DNA of 64,000 bases from an uncultured delta proteobacterium (GTDB lineage Bacteria > Desulfobacterota > Desulfobacteria > Desulfobacterales > UBA2156), in contig CAVTQK010000006.1 in assembly GCA_963736855.1 (NCBI GenBank), positions 64,001 to 128,000 of the forward strand, in the 5' to 3' direction. A program made the translations under genes and the position numbers. Positions 1 through 13,444 of this stretch are shown here, piece after piece (the stretch's first letter is position 1; each line of letters starts with the position of its first letter). Under the pieces are notes generated by a model that saw only the letters and a program-made list of their open reading frames with translations, ran no database searches and was not told the DNA's origin.

Positions 1-2859
1 CTTCACAAGGACTTCTTCGGTAAAGGGATCCCGAATGTCTCCCAGAGCAACTCTTCCCAGAATCCGTTCCCCGATTCTCTGGATGACCTCACCACCTTCC
101 ATGAGGGGCTCCACCTCCACTCCCATCATGGTGCCACAATCCTCTTCCGAGACGCAACAGTCCTGAGATACATCGGCAAGACGGCGGGTAAGATATCCGG
201 AGTTGGCCGTCTTCAAAGCGGTATCCGCAAGGCCTTTGCGGGCACCATGAGTGGAAATAAAGTACTGCAAGACCGAAAGCCCTTCTCGAAAATTGGCCGT
301 TATGGGAGTCTCGATGATTTCACCCGATGGTTTGGCCATCAGACCCCGCATGCCGGCCAGCTGGCGCATCTGATCTTTGCTCCCTCTTGCGCCCGAATCG
401 GCCATCATATAAATGGGGTTGAAGCTTTCTTCCGCGACGGGTTGTCCCTTTTCATCCAGTACCGGATTCCCTTTAGAGTCCAAAACAGGAGCTGTCTTCA
501 TGACCTCCATCATTTCATTGGCCACGTCTTCCGTCGCCTTGGCCCAGATGTCAATGACCTTGTTATACTTTTCTCCCTGTGTGATAAGCCCTTCCGTGTA
601 TTGTTTTTCAATATCGACCACTTGTTTCTCAGCTTTCTTAAGAATCTCCCATTTTCCTGGAGGTGTGATCATATCATCAATGGAGATGGATAATCCTCCC
701 CGGGTGGAATACTGGTAGCCGATGTCCTTGAGTCGATCCGAGAGGATCACCGTAGCCTTGGGACCTAAATTGCGGTAGGCGTAGTCCACCACCTCCCGAA
801 GGGCCTTTTTGTCCATCACCTTGTTAATAGCCTCGAAGGGCATCTCCGGTCGCTTGTCGAGGACCCTGAAAATATGAAACCGCGTACCAGCCGACAAGAT
901 CGGACTGATCTGTCCGGTCTCCATGGCAAAGATTTTATCGGAATCGGACTCCGATATGGAAAAAATGCGTTCGAACTCATCCCGGACCAATAGCCCGCAC
1001 AATCCGTTCGGCTCTCGATCCAGTGCCGAGGAAAAAGCTTGGACGGCATCCACAAAATCCATGCCCCCCTCGATGGCTTCCAAGGCGCTCTTTGCTTGGG
1101 CTTTATCCCTCGTCTCGATGTGGCATAGCTCCATGATGCTGCTTTGAGGAACTACCTCCCATAGAAGAATCCGACCGGTGGTGGTCTCCACCCTCTTGCC
1201 GTCCATGCGCACCTTGATCTTGTCATGCAGGCCAATGATCCCGCCGTCGTATGCGCTTCGAACTTCATCCGCACTCGAAAACAACATATCCTCTCCCGTA
1301 ATTTTCGGAACCGCCCGTGTCATATAATAAATTCCAAGTACAATGTCCTGGGTAGGTACAATGATAGGCGAACCGTTAGCCGGAGAGAGGATATTGTTTG
1401 TCGAAAGCATCAAGGCCCGGGCCTCAATCTGTGCTTCCACCGAAAGAGGGATATGAACGGCCATTTGGTCACCGTCGAAATCGGCATTAAACGCCGTGCA
1501 TACCAAGGGATGAAGTTGGATGGCCTTTCCTTCAATGAGGATGGGTTCAAAAGCTTGGATCCCCAACCGGTGCAATGTGGGTGCCCGGTTCAGCATGACC
1601 GGATATTCCCGGACCACCTCATCTAGGGTGTCCCAAACTTCAGGGATTCCCTTTTCCACCATTTTTTTTGCACTTTTTACAGTGGAAACTAAATTTTTTT
1701 GTTCCAGCCGGTAGTACACGAATGGCTTGAAGAGCTCCAGGGCCATCTTCTTGGGAAGTCCACATTGGTGCAGCCTCAGGTCCGGCCCGATGGTGATGAC
1801 CGTTCTTCCCGAATAATCAACACGCTTTCCCAAAAGGTTTTGTCGAAAACGCCCCTGTTTTCCTTTGAGAGTGTCGCTTAAAGACTTCAGGGGGCGTTTA
1901 TTGGTCCCGGTAATGACTCGCCCGTGGCGTCCGTTGTCGAAGAGGACGTCCACCGACTCCTGGAGCATCCGCTTTTCATTCCTGACGATGATGTCGGGGG
2001 CCTTGAGATCGATGAGCCGTTTCAGTCGATTGTTCCGGTTGATCACGCGACGGTAAAGGTCATTGAGATCCGATGTGGCAAATCGGCCGCCCTCAAGAGG
2101 CACCAGTGGGCGCAGGTCCGGCGGTAGAACCGGAATCACATCCATGATCATCCATACCGGGTTCACGCCGCTTCGCCGAAAGGCGTCTACAATCTTTAAC
2201 CGCTTGGCAAGCTTTTGTCGCTTGGCCGAAGAATTAGTAGCGAGAATTTCAGCCCGAATCTCCTTGTATAGCGATTCCATGTCCAGACTCTTCAAAAGCG
2301 CCTTGACCGCCTCGGCGCCTATACCGGCTTCAAATTTGTCTCCATATGTCTCCAGGGCCTCTCGATATTTCTCTTCGGACAAGAGCTGTCCCCTGGATAA
2401 TGGTGTTGCCTTGGGATCGATGACGATATGATTATCAAAGTAAAAAACCTTTTCGATGCTCTTCAAAGTCATATCCAACAGGTTCCCGATTTTGCTTGGG
2501 AGGCTTTTCAAAAACCAGATATGCGCCACAGGTGTGGCCAGTTCGATATGCCCCATCCTTTCCCTTCGAACTTTTGACTGAATGACTTCGACACCGCATT
2601 TTTCACAGATCACACCCCGGTGTTTCATCCGCTTGTATTTGCCGCAGTTGCATTCATAGTCTTTTGTGGGGCCGAAAATTTTGGCGCAAAACAGACCGTC
2701 GCGTTCGGGTTTGAAAGTCCGGTAATTGATCGTCTCCGGCTTCTTGATCTCGCCGTGGGACCATTTCAGAATGTCGCCTGGAGAGGCCAATGAAAGGCGC
2801 ACGCCGACATACTGCTTCGGATCTTTGGGCTTGGCGAAAAAATCATAAAGTGTTTCCAT
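1..2859 (-). CDS. rpoC: DNA-directed RNA polymerase subunit beta-prime (3' end outside window)
   Basis: ATG at 2859 reads [13 protein letters not shown]...[26 protein letters not shown]; Zn-finger [19 protein letters not shown]; catalytic NADFDGD at about 1468-1488; directly downstream of rpoB. Absent from the ORF track because no stop lies in the window. Confidence 0.99.
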   Translation of the reverse strand, partial: METLYDFFAKPKDPKQYVGVRLSLASPGDILKWSHGEIKKPETINYRTFKPERDGLFCAKIFGPTKDYECNCGKYKRMKHRGVICEKCGVEVIQSKVRRERMGHIELATPVAHIWFLKSLPSKIGNLLDMTLKSIEKVFYFDNHIVIDPKATPLSRGQLLSEEKYREALETYGDKFEAGIGAEAVKALLKSLDMESLYKEIRAEILATNSSAKRQKLAKRLKIVDAFRRSGVNPVWMIMDVIPVLPPDLRPLVPLEGGRFATSDLNDLYRRVINRNNRLKRLIDLKAPDIIVRNEKRMLQESVDVLFDNGRHGRVITGTNKRPLKSLSDTLKGKQGRFRQNLLGKRVDYSGRTVITIGPDLRLHQCGLPKKMALELFKPFVYYRLEQKNLVSTVKSAKKMVEKGIPEVWDTLDEVVREYPVMLNRAPTLHRLGIQAFEPILIEGKAIQLHPLVCTAFNADFDGDQMAVHIPLSVEAQIEARALMLSTNNILSPANGSPIIVPTQDIVLGIYYMTRAVPKITGEDMLFSSADEVRSAYDGGIIGLHDKIKVRMDGKRVETTTGRILLWEVVPQSSIMELCHIETRDKAQAKSALEAIEGGMDFVDAVQAFSSALDREPNGLCGLLVRDEFERIFSISESDSDKIFAMETGQISPILSAGTRFHIFRVLDKRPEMPFEAINKVMDKKALREVVDYAYRNLGPKATVILSDRLKDIGYQYSTRGGLSISIDDMITPPGKWEILKKAEKQVVDIEKQYTEGLITQGEKYNKVIDIWAKATEDVANEMMEVMKTAPVLDSKGNPVLDEKGQPVAEESFNPIYMMADSGARGSKDQMRQLAGMRGLMAKPSGEIIETPITANFREGLSVLQYFISTHGARKGLADTALKTANSGYLTRRLADVSQDCCVSEEDCGTMMGVEVEPLMEGGEVIQRIGERILGRVALGDIRDPFTEEVLVK

Positions 2860-2866
2860 GTTAGGT

Positions 2867-6979
<4,113 letters not shown>

Positions 6980-7046
6980 GGTAGCTCCATTTTGAAACCA
7001 TCAAGGAGTGGAAATCTTAAAATGCACCGGGTGCCTTCAAGGTGCA

Positions 7047-7430
7047 TCATTTGATTTCAACCTGGGCGCCGACCGCCTCCATCTGGGCCTTGATCTTCTC
7101 GGCTTCGTCCTTGGAAATCCCCTCTTTGACCGGTTTTGGGGCTTCGTCCACCAATGCCTTGGCTTCCTTGAGTCCCAGCGCGGTAATCGCCCGGACTTCT
7201 TTGATGACCTGAATTTTCTTATCCCCCGCACTGGTCAGGATCACATCGAACTCGGTCTTCTCTTCCGCTGCGGGGGCAGCGGCCTGGGACGGTGCCGCGG
7301 CCATCATCGCCAAAGGCGCAGCGGCGGAAACGCCGAATTTTTCCTCGAGTTCTTTTACAAATTGAGAGAGTTCAAGCACGGACATGTTCGCAATGAATTC
7401 AATAACATTTTCTTTGGTGATATCAGCCAT
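7047..7430 (-). CDS. rplL: 50S ribosomal protein L7/L12
   Basis: [10 protein letters not shown] hinge, [17 protein letters not shown]. Confidence 0.99.
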   Translation of the reverse strand: MADITKENVIEFIANMSVLELSQFVKELEEKFGVSAAAPLAMMAAAPSQAAAPAAEEKTEFDVILTSAGDKKIQVIKEVRAITALGLKEAKALVDEAPKPVKEGISKDEAEKIKAQMEAVGAQVEIK

Positions 7431-7480
7431 GGTATTTTCCTCCGCAATGATTCGTCGTTATGATTTAATGGATGGGACGG

Positions 7481-8002
7481 CTAGGCCGCCTCTTTTTGGG
7501 CCCGGATGGCATTGAGCACATTGATCAATCTCACCGGGACGTCGTTGAGTGCCCTAACCAGATTCGTTGGTACGCCGTTTAGAACGCCAAGGAGTTGGGC
7601 CAATAGGACCTCTTTTGCCGGGAGCGAAGCCAGCGCCTTGATATCGGAAATACTGATCACTTTTCCTTCCAATATCCCGCCCTTGATCTTCAGCTTGCCG
7701 TTTTGTCCTGAAAAGGCAGTCAGTATCTTTGCCGGCAATACCGGATCGTCATAGGCCAACGCCACGGCATTCGGCCCTTTGAAATGATCTTTGATCAACG
7801 CGATTCGGGTATCCTCCGCGGCGCGGATAAACAAGGTGTTTTTAGCCACGCAATACTCGATCCCTGCCTCTTTGAGTTTTTTCCGCAACTCATTGATGGC
7901 CGGAACATCAAGACCTTTATAGTCCGTGACGACAACCACCTTGGACTTCACGAATCGGTCTTTGAGCGCTTCAACGATCTGTTTTTTCTGTTCCAGTTTC
8001 AC
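7481..8002 (-). CDS. rplJ: 50S ribosomal protein L10
   Basis: DYKGLDV, KNTL, LASLP motifs; GTG start at 8002 with AGGAGG upstream (ORF track start 8047 looks over-extended). Confidence 0.97.
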   Translation of the reverse strand: MKLEQKKQIVEALKDRFVKSKVVVVTDYKGLDVPAINELRKKLKEAGIEYCVAKNTLFIRAAEDTRIALIKDHFKGPNAVALAYDDPVLPAKILTAFSGQNGKLKIKGGILEGKVISISDIKALASLPAKEVLLAQLLGVLNGVPTNLVRALNDVPVRLINVLNAIRAQKEAA

Positions 8003-8130
8003 GAATGAAAAATACCTCCTTTCCCATCCCGACAAAGCCGAAGGCATTCCCTCATTGCGCGGAATTGCTCGGGCTTTTGACTATCCATTGCTTTCTGTCT
8101 TTGCCGCAGTCTCATAATAGAGCCCCTTGT

Positions 8131-8190
8131 TCTGTCTGGGTAGGCTGCCGGAACAATTAAACACAACATCGTGTGCCTACGGTCTCTGAC
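8131..8190 (-). promoter_or_regulatory. Ribosomal protein L10 leader (autoregulatory RNA)
   Basis: Minus strand reads AGAGACCGTAGG...TTTAA...CCTACCCAGAC upstream of rplJ, matching the AGACxGTAGG/TTAA/CCTAC pattern of L10 leaders. Confidence 0.75.
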
Positions 8191-8283
8191 AGGGATGATT
8201 TAGGATGGGCGATACTTCAAGAGGATCTCCTCCAGGCCGTTCAGGCCCATGGAATCGATTCCTGTCGGATTCGCCTCATCGCC

Positions 8284-8991
8284 TCATTGTTTGACAAAAT
8301 CTTTTACAGATGCCGTATCGATCTTGATTCCCGGACCCATAGTGGTCGAAACAGCGATGCTCCGCAAGTAGATCCCCTTGCTGGACGACGGTTTCAGACG
8401 AACGATGGTTTCCATGAAAGCGCTGATATTTTCGACGATCTTTTGAGTGCCGAACGAAACCTTTCCTACGGGCGCGTGAACAATGCCTGCCTTTTCCACT
8501 CTAAAATCGATTTTTCCCGCTTTCAGTTCCTTCACCGCTCTGGCCAAGTCAAAAGTGACCGTACCGGTTTTCGCATTGGGCATAAGCCCTCTGGGTCCCA
8601 GAAGTTTCCCGATCTTTCCTACGGCGCCCATCATGTCGGGTGTTGCGACCGCCTTGTCGAAATCGAACCAGCCCCCGACGATCTTCTCGATGAGGCCCTC
8701 ATTGCCTACAAAATCGGCACCGGCATCGAGCGCTTCCTTTTCCTTTTCGCCCTTGGCAAAAACCAGGACCTTAACTTCCTTGCCCAGCCCGTTGGGCAAG
8801 ACAACCGTCCCTCGCACCATTTGGTCCGCATGCCTGGGATCGACACCCAGTCGGACGGCGATGTCCACCGTCTCATCGAATTTGGCATGGGAGGCGTCGA
8901 TGGCCAACTGAACCGCACCGATGAAGTTGAGTTTTGCATTCGGATCGATTCTCTTGGCAGCCTCTGTGTATTTTTTCCCCCTTCTTGGCAT
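8284..8991 (-). CDS. rplA: 50S ribosomal protein L1
   Basis: [23 protein letters not shown]; start is ATG 8991 or TTG 9000. Confidence 0.98.
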   Translation of the reverse strand: MPRRGKKYTEAAKRIDPNAKLNFIGAVQLAIDASHAKFDETVDIAVRLGVDPRHADQMVRGTVVLPNGLGKEVKVLVFAKGEKEKEALDAGADFVGNEGLIEKIVGGWFDFDKAVATPDMMGAVGKIGKLLGPRGLMPNAKTGTVTFDLARAVKELKAGKIDFRVEKAGIVHAPVGKVSFGTQKIVENISAFMETIVRLKPSSSKGIYLRSIAVSTTMGPGIKIDTASVKDFVKQ

Positions 8992-9012
8992 TTTCTTCAA
9001 CGAGCTCCTTTT

Positions 9013-9435
9013 CTAAACCACCTCTATCCCCATGCTCCTTGCCGTTCCTTCAATAATCCGGCAAGCCGCATCCAGGTCATTCGCATTCAAGTCGACCATT
9101 TTCTCTCTGGCGATCTCTTCCACCTGCTGCCGCGTCACCTTCCCGACCCGATCCTTCTTGGGATCGCTGGAACCCTTTGCAATTTTTGCAGCTTTTTTCA
9201 GGAGTACGGACGCCGGAGGTGTTTTGGTCACAAAGGTGAAAGACCGGTCCTGGAAAACCGTGATAACGGCAGGAATGATCATCCCTTCATCCTTTGCGGT
9301 CCGTGCGTTGAACGCCTTGCAGAAATCCATGATATTCACACCGTGCTGACCCAGTGCCGGCCCAATGGGGGGCGACGGGTTGGCCTTTCCGGCTTCCACT
9401 TGCAATTTGATTTGGGCGATTACTTTTTTAGCCAT
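9013..9435 (-). CDS. rplK: 50S ribosomal protein L11
   Basis: [28 protein letters not shown]. Confidence 0.99.
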   Translation of the reverse strand: MAKKVIAQIKLQVEAGKANPSPPIGPALGQHGVNIMDFCKAFNARTAKDEGMIIPAVITVFQDRSFTFVTKTPPASVLLKKAAKIAKGSSDPKKDRVGKVTRQQVEEIAREKMVDLNANDLDAACRIIEGTARSMGIEVV

Positions 9436-9496
9436 TGTATTTCCTACTCCCCGTTTCCTTTTCTTACCCGCGTTCCCGTCAAGGGACGCTCTCCGC

Positions 9497-10027
9497 TTAT
9501 AGCTTGGCTACTTGAACGAACTCCAGTTCAACAGGGGTAGATCGTCCGAAGATGCTCACAAGGACGCGGATTTTTCCTTTTTCCTGATTGACTTCTTCCA
9601 CCACACCGTTGAAATTGTTGAACGGCCCGTCAATGACCCGAATCTCATCACCGGACTCGAACAGAAACTTGGGCTTTGGTTTAAGCTTTCCGGATTCCAT
9701 ACGGTTCAAAATGGCTTCGGCTTCTTTATCTGAAATCGGCGTGGGTTTTTCTCTTCCGCCTAAAAATCCGGTTACTTTTGCAGTGTTGTTCACGAGGTGC
9801 CACGTCTCGTCGTTAAGTTCCATTCGGATCAGAATATACCCCGGATAGAATTTTCGAGTAGAGGTCTTCCGTTTACCTTTGACGAGTTCTACGATCTGTT
9901 CGGTGGGGACGATGATTTCCGCAAACTTATCGGCTTGCGGTGATGTGGCGATCCGCTCTTGAAGCGACATTTTCACTTTGTTTTCAAACCCCGAATAAAC
10001 ATGGACGATATACCAGTTAAACGCCAT
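9497..10027 (-). CDS. nusG: Transcription termination/antitermination factor NusG
   Basis: [39 protein letters not shown]. Confidence 0.99.
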   Translation of the reverse strand: MAFNWYIVHVYSGFENKVKMSLQERIATSPQADKFAEIIVPTEQIVELVKGKRKTSTRKFYPGYILIRMELNDETWHLVNNTAKVTGFLGGREKPTPISDKEAEAILNRMESGKLKPKPKFLFESGDEIRVIDGPFNNFNGVVEEVNQEKGKIRVLVSIFGRSTPVELEFVQVAKL

Positions 10028-10040
10028 TTGAAACGACTCC

Positions 10041-10436
10041 CTACCTGATGACCATGCGGATGAGGCTGGACAGGCTTACGTCCACCAACCCCAGAAAAAG
10101 GGAAATAATAATTACCAAAACAATCACCACCCCCGTGGATCCCAGGGCCTGTTTTCTGGAAGGCCAGCTTACTTTTTTGAGTTCAATTTTTACTTCCCTT
10201 AAAAATTGAAGGCTCTTGGTTATGAAATTGTCTTTTCCGAGTCCCCCTTTGAGCGGGGTTACTGCCGTCTGAACAAGGCCTGCGGGTTTGTTTCCTCCAT
10301 TTTGGGTTTTTGCCACCGATAGGAAATGTTTTTTAACCCCTTCTCGAGGCTTCTCCGAAAATGGCTGCACCGGTTCAGGTTCGGCGTTCTTCTTTTTCGG
10401 TTTTGCAGTCGGTTTTTTCCTGATTAAACGCCCCAT
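10041..10436 (-). CDS. secE: Preprotein translocase subunit SecE with long basic N-terminal extension
   Basis: FLREVKIELKKVSWP followed by one TM helix; canonical position upstream of nusG. Confidence 0.95.
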   Translation of the reverse strand: MGRLIRKKPTAKPKKKNAEPEPVQPFSEKPREGVKKHFLSVAKTQNGGNKPAGLVQTAVTPLKGGLGKDNFITKSLQFLREVKIELKKVSWPSRKQALGSTGVVIVLVIIISLFLGLVDVSLSSLIRMVIR

Positions 10437-10451
10437 ATCGCCCCTAAAATC

Positions 10452-10616
10452 GATCGTTTCGTAAAAAATCCATCTGTTCCGCTTTTGCGGGATCGTGCTG
10501 CATCCTTGGTCTTTGCGGCATATAAATAAAGTATGCCTATTTCCTCAGGCATTCCGCTTCTATCATATGAAGCTTTTCTCTTGGCTACCCGTTTTATTGA
10601 TTTTTATGAGTTCATT
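10452..10616. mobile_element. MITE-like element copy A (degenerate)
   Basis: Ends GATCGTTTCGTAAAAA ... TTTTTATGAGTTCATT; interior aligns by eye with copy B (gctgcatcctt, ttcctcagg, tgaagctttt); flanked by AAAATC/AAAATT. Confidence 0.7.
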
Positions 10617-10697
10617 AAAATTAAATAGCTCAAGGAAATTCCGCCAACGGACACCGTATGAAACGGATCCCTAAGCTATTGAGTCTTCACATCCTTT

Positions 10698-10773
10698 TGG
10701 CAGGCCAGGAGGGATTCGAACCCCCAACACCCGGATTTGGAGTCCGATGCTCTACCGTTAGAGCTACTGGCCT
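10698..10773 (-). tRNA. tRNA-Trp (CCA)
   Basis: AGGCCAGTAGCTCTAACGGTAGAGCATCGGACTCCAAATCCGGGTGTTGGGGGTTCGAATCCCTCCTGGCCTGCCA; cloverleaf with encoded CCA end. Confidence 0.98.
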
Positions 10774-10816
10774 GCATCTTACTGGCACCACACCCAAAAG
10801 TGAAAAACCCACCGAT

Positions 10817-10966
10817 TCATTTGGTCTCTTTGTGCAGGGTGTGTTTTCCGCAGAAGCGGCAATACTTGGAAAGCTCAAGCTTGTCCGGCGTCGTCCGCTT
10901 ATTTTTCATAGTCGTGTAATTTCTTCGCTTACACTCGCCGCATGCAAGGGTAATGATCACTCTCAC
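10817..10966 (-). CDS. rpmG: 50S ribosomal protein L33 (Zn-binding type)
   Basis: GTG start at 10966: [19 protein letters not shown]...[16 protein letters not shown]; the longer ORF-track start lies inside MITE copy B. Confidence 0.97.
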   Translation of the reverse strand: MRVIITLACGECKRRNYTTMKNKRTTPDKLELSKYCRFCGKHTLHKETK

Positions 10967-10984
10967 TGTTTGCCCCTTAACCTT

Positions 10985-11137
10985 GATGGCTTCGTAAAAA
11001 GTCCATATGCTGCGTTGCGCTGCATCCTTCGTCATTACGGCGTACCCATATGTACGCCTCATTCCTCAGGATTTGCGCGCCTTGCATCTGAAGCTTTTTG
11101 CTTTGCCATCCTAATTTTGAGTTTTTACGATTTCATC
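10985..11137. mobile_element. MITE-like element copy B
   Basis: Imperfect terminal inverted repeats GATGGCTTCGTAAAAA / TTTTTACGATTTCATC; perfect 6-bp flanking duplication AACCTT (10979-10984, 11138-11143); internal hairpins. Confidence 0.85.
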
Positions 11138-11142
11138 AACCT

Positions 11143-12336
11143 TTATTCCAAAATTTCGCTGACGACGCCGGCGCCCACGGTGCGGCCCCCTTCCCGAATC
11201 GCAAACCGAAGCTCCTTCTCCATCGCAATCGGCGTAATCAACTCCGCCACAATCGCCACGTTGTCCCCAGGCATCACCATCTCCACACCCTCAGGCAATA
11301 CCAACGACCCCGTTACATCCGTCGTCCGAAAATAAAACTGCGGCCGATACCCCGAAAAAAACGGCGTGTGCCGACCCCCTTCCTCCTTGCTCAATACGTA
11401 AACCTCCGCCTTAAACTTCCTGTGCGGCGTGATCGACCCGGGTACCGCTATCACCTGCCCCCGCTCCACTTCCTCACGCTTCGTCCCCCGCAACAACAAC
11501 CCCACATTGTCCCCGGCTCGACCCTCATCCAATAACTTCCGAAACATCTCTACACCCGTACATACCGTCTTCACCGTCGGACGAATCCCTACAATCTCTA
11601 CCTCATCCCCTACCTTGACCACCCCACGATCCACACGACCCGTCACCACCGTCCCACGACCCGATATGCTGAAAACATCCTCTATCGGCATCAAAAACGG
11701 CTTGTCTATGTCCCGCTGCGGCTCCGGTATGTAACTGTCTATCGCATCCATTAACTCAAATATACACTTGGCATCCGCACTGCCCGGATCATCACTCTCC
11801 AACGCCTTCAATGCACTCCCACGAATAATCGGCGTCTCATCCCCAGGAAATTCATACTTGTCCAATAACTCCCTTAAGCTCCAACTCCACTAACTCAATC
11901 AACTCCGGATCATCCACCATGTCACACTTGTTCAAAAATACCACAATCCGCGGTACCCCTACCTGACGCGCTAATAAAATATGCTCCCGAGTCTGCGGCA
12001 TCGGCCCATCATCCGCACCTACCACCAGTATCGCCCCGTCCATCTGCGCCGCACCCGTAATCATGTTCTTAATGTAATCCGCATGCCCAGGACAATCTAC
12101 ATGCGCATAATGCCGCTTCGCTGTCTCATACTCCACATGCGCCGTCGCAATCGTGATCCCCCGCGCCTTCTCCTCCGGCGCCTTGTCAATCTGATCAAAC
12201 GGCACATACTCCGCCAAACCCTTCTTCGCTAACTGCTTCGTAATCGCCGCCGTTAACGTCGTCTTCCCATGATCAATATGCCCAATCGTCCCTACATTCA
12301 CATGCGGCTTCGTCCGCTCAAACTTTCCTTCGCCAT
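11143..12336 (-). CDS. tuf: Elongation factor Tu, with two compensating 1-nt frameshifts (sequence error or pseudogene)
   Basis: [33 protein letters not shown] 12336 with GGAGGAG upstream; -1 near 12324 and +1 near 11875; total span 1194 nt. Confidence 0.95.
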
Positions 12337-12442
12337 CTCACACTCCTCCCTATAATAATAAAAATAATCTATTTTAGGCTTGGCTTGCCCCGATAATGTT
12401 TTAAGGCATTATGTTAGGCCTGAATCCGTTAGGCAATATGCC

Positions 12443-12519
12443 TGGAGCCCACGACCGGGATCGAACCGGTGAACCTCTTCCTTACCAAGGAAGCGCTCTA
12501 CCGACTGAGCTACGTGGGC
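12443..12519 (-). tRNA. tRNA-Thr (GGT)
   Basis: GCCCACGTAGCTCAG...CTTCC-TTGGTAA-GGAAG...GTTCGATCCCGGTCGTGGGCTCCA. Confidence 0.97.
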
Positions 12520-12542
12520 ATCTCCAATATCTAAAATTTTAA

Positions 12543-12618
<76 letters not shown>

Positions 12619-12762
12619 TTATTTAGGCCGCGTTTTTATGACCTCTTCTGTTTTCGGGCCACCCTCAAAAAGCGTCGAAAGGCGTATTTGCAGGAAGCCA
12701 TGTAGTTCTAAATTCGATCCCCCGCAAACGCGGAATCTCCTACATAGGACTCACGTTGAGAT

Positions 12763-12847
12763 TGGTGGTGGGGGGAGGATTCGAACCTCCGAAGGCTTCG
12801 CCGACAGATTTACAGTCTGTTCCCTTTGGCCACTCGGGAACCCCACC
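12763..12847 (-). tRNA. tRNA-Tyr (GTA)
   Basis: GGTGGGGTTCCCGAGTGG...ACAGA-CTGTAAA-TCTGT, long variable arm, CCA end. Confidence 0.98.
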
Positions 12848-12864
12848 AATATTGAATCATTTCT

Positions 12865-12940
12865 TGGAGCCAGCGAAGGGACTCGAACCCCCGACCCACT
12901 GATTACAAATCAGTAGCTCTACCAACTGAGCTACGCTGGC
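12865..12940 (-). tRNA. tRNA-Thr (TGT)
   Basis: GCCAGCGTAGCTCAG...CTGAT-TTGTAA-TCAG...GTTCGAGTCCCTTCGCTGGCTCCA. Confidence 0.98.
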
Positions 12941-13444
12941 TCAATCAACCGGTCGAATGCCTGCGCCGGGGCACTATTCGGTCCCCAAGGCGATTGATTG
13001 TCGTAAACTTCTATTTCTAAAATATTTATGACTAAAAAAGCAATATCCAAAAAATTTAGAAAAATCCACCCTTTTGCCATTCATACTTAAAAATGAAGGG
13101 CATTTTTTTGAATATCGCTTGTTTTCTCTTATTTTCTCTTATATTTTCCTTTATTCTGTTTTTCGTGGCGGAAGAACTCGAAATATTCGTCTCCAATCAG
13201 GCACCTTTGGAAAACTTGATGCGGATCATAGTTGGATCATTTCAAAATTGCAACCTTTTTTTTCCTTTTGAGGTACAAGGGGCAAAGCATCTTCGCCCTT
13301 GACAAGCGAACATGGGCTTGTGTATGTGCGTGATGTTGTTTGCCGTTTGCGTACCGTATCCGATTGCCTGAGCATCAGTTTTTCGGCCCGGCCGCGACCG
13401 ATATTTTTTATGATTGCCAACCGTTTATAATTTGAGGACCAACC

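Noticed and set aside
8173..9540. 455-aa plus-strand ORF
   Set aside because: Antisense shadow of rplA/rplK; no protein-like motifs
10658..11335. 225-aa plus-strand ORF including [16 protein letters not shown]...
   Set aside because: Runs antisense across tRNA-Trp, rpmG and tuf; its middle is just the translation of MITE copy B
12619..12762. Long spacer between tRNA-Tyr and tRNA-Gly as a possible extra RNA
   Set aside because: No cloverleaf or recognisable RNA motif found
13093..13302. 69-aa hydrophobic ORF
   Set aside because: Hydrophobicity is explained by T-rich intergenic DNA in a divergent promoter region; no convincing RBS
13299..13330. TTGACA upstream of mltD as a promoter
   Set aside because: No good -10 at 16-18 nt spacing; too weak to call
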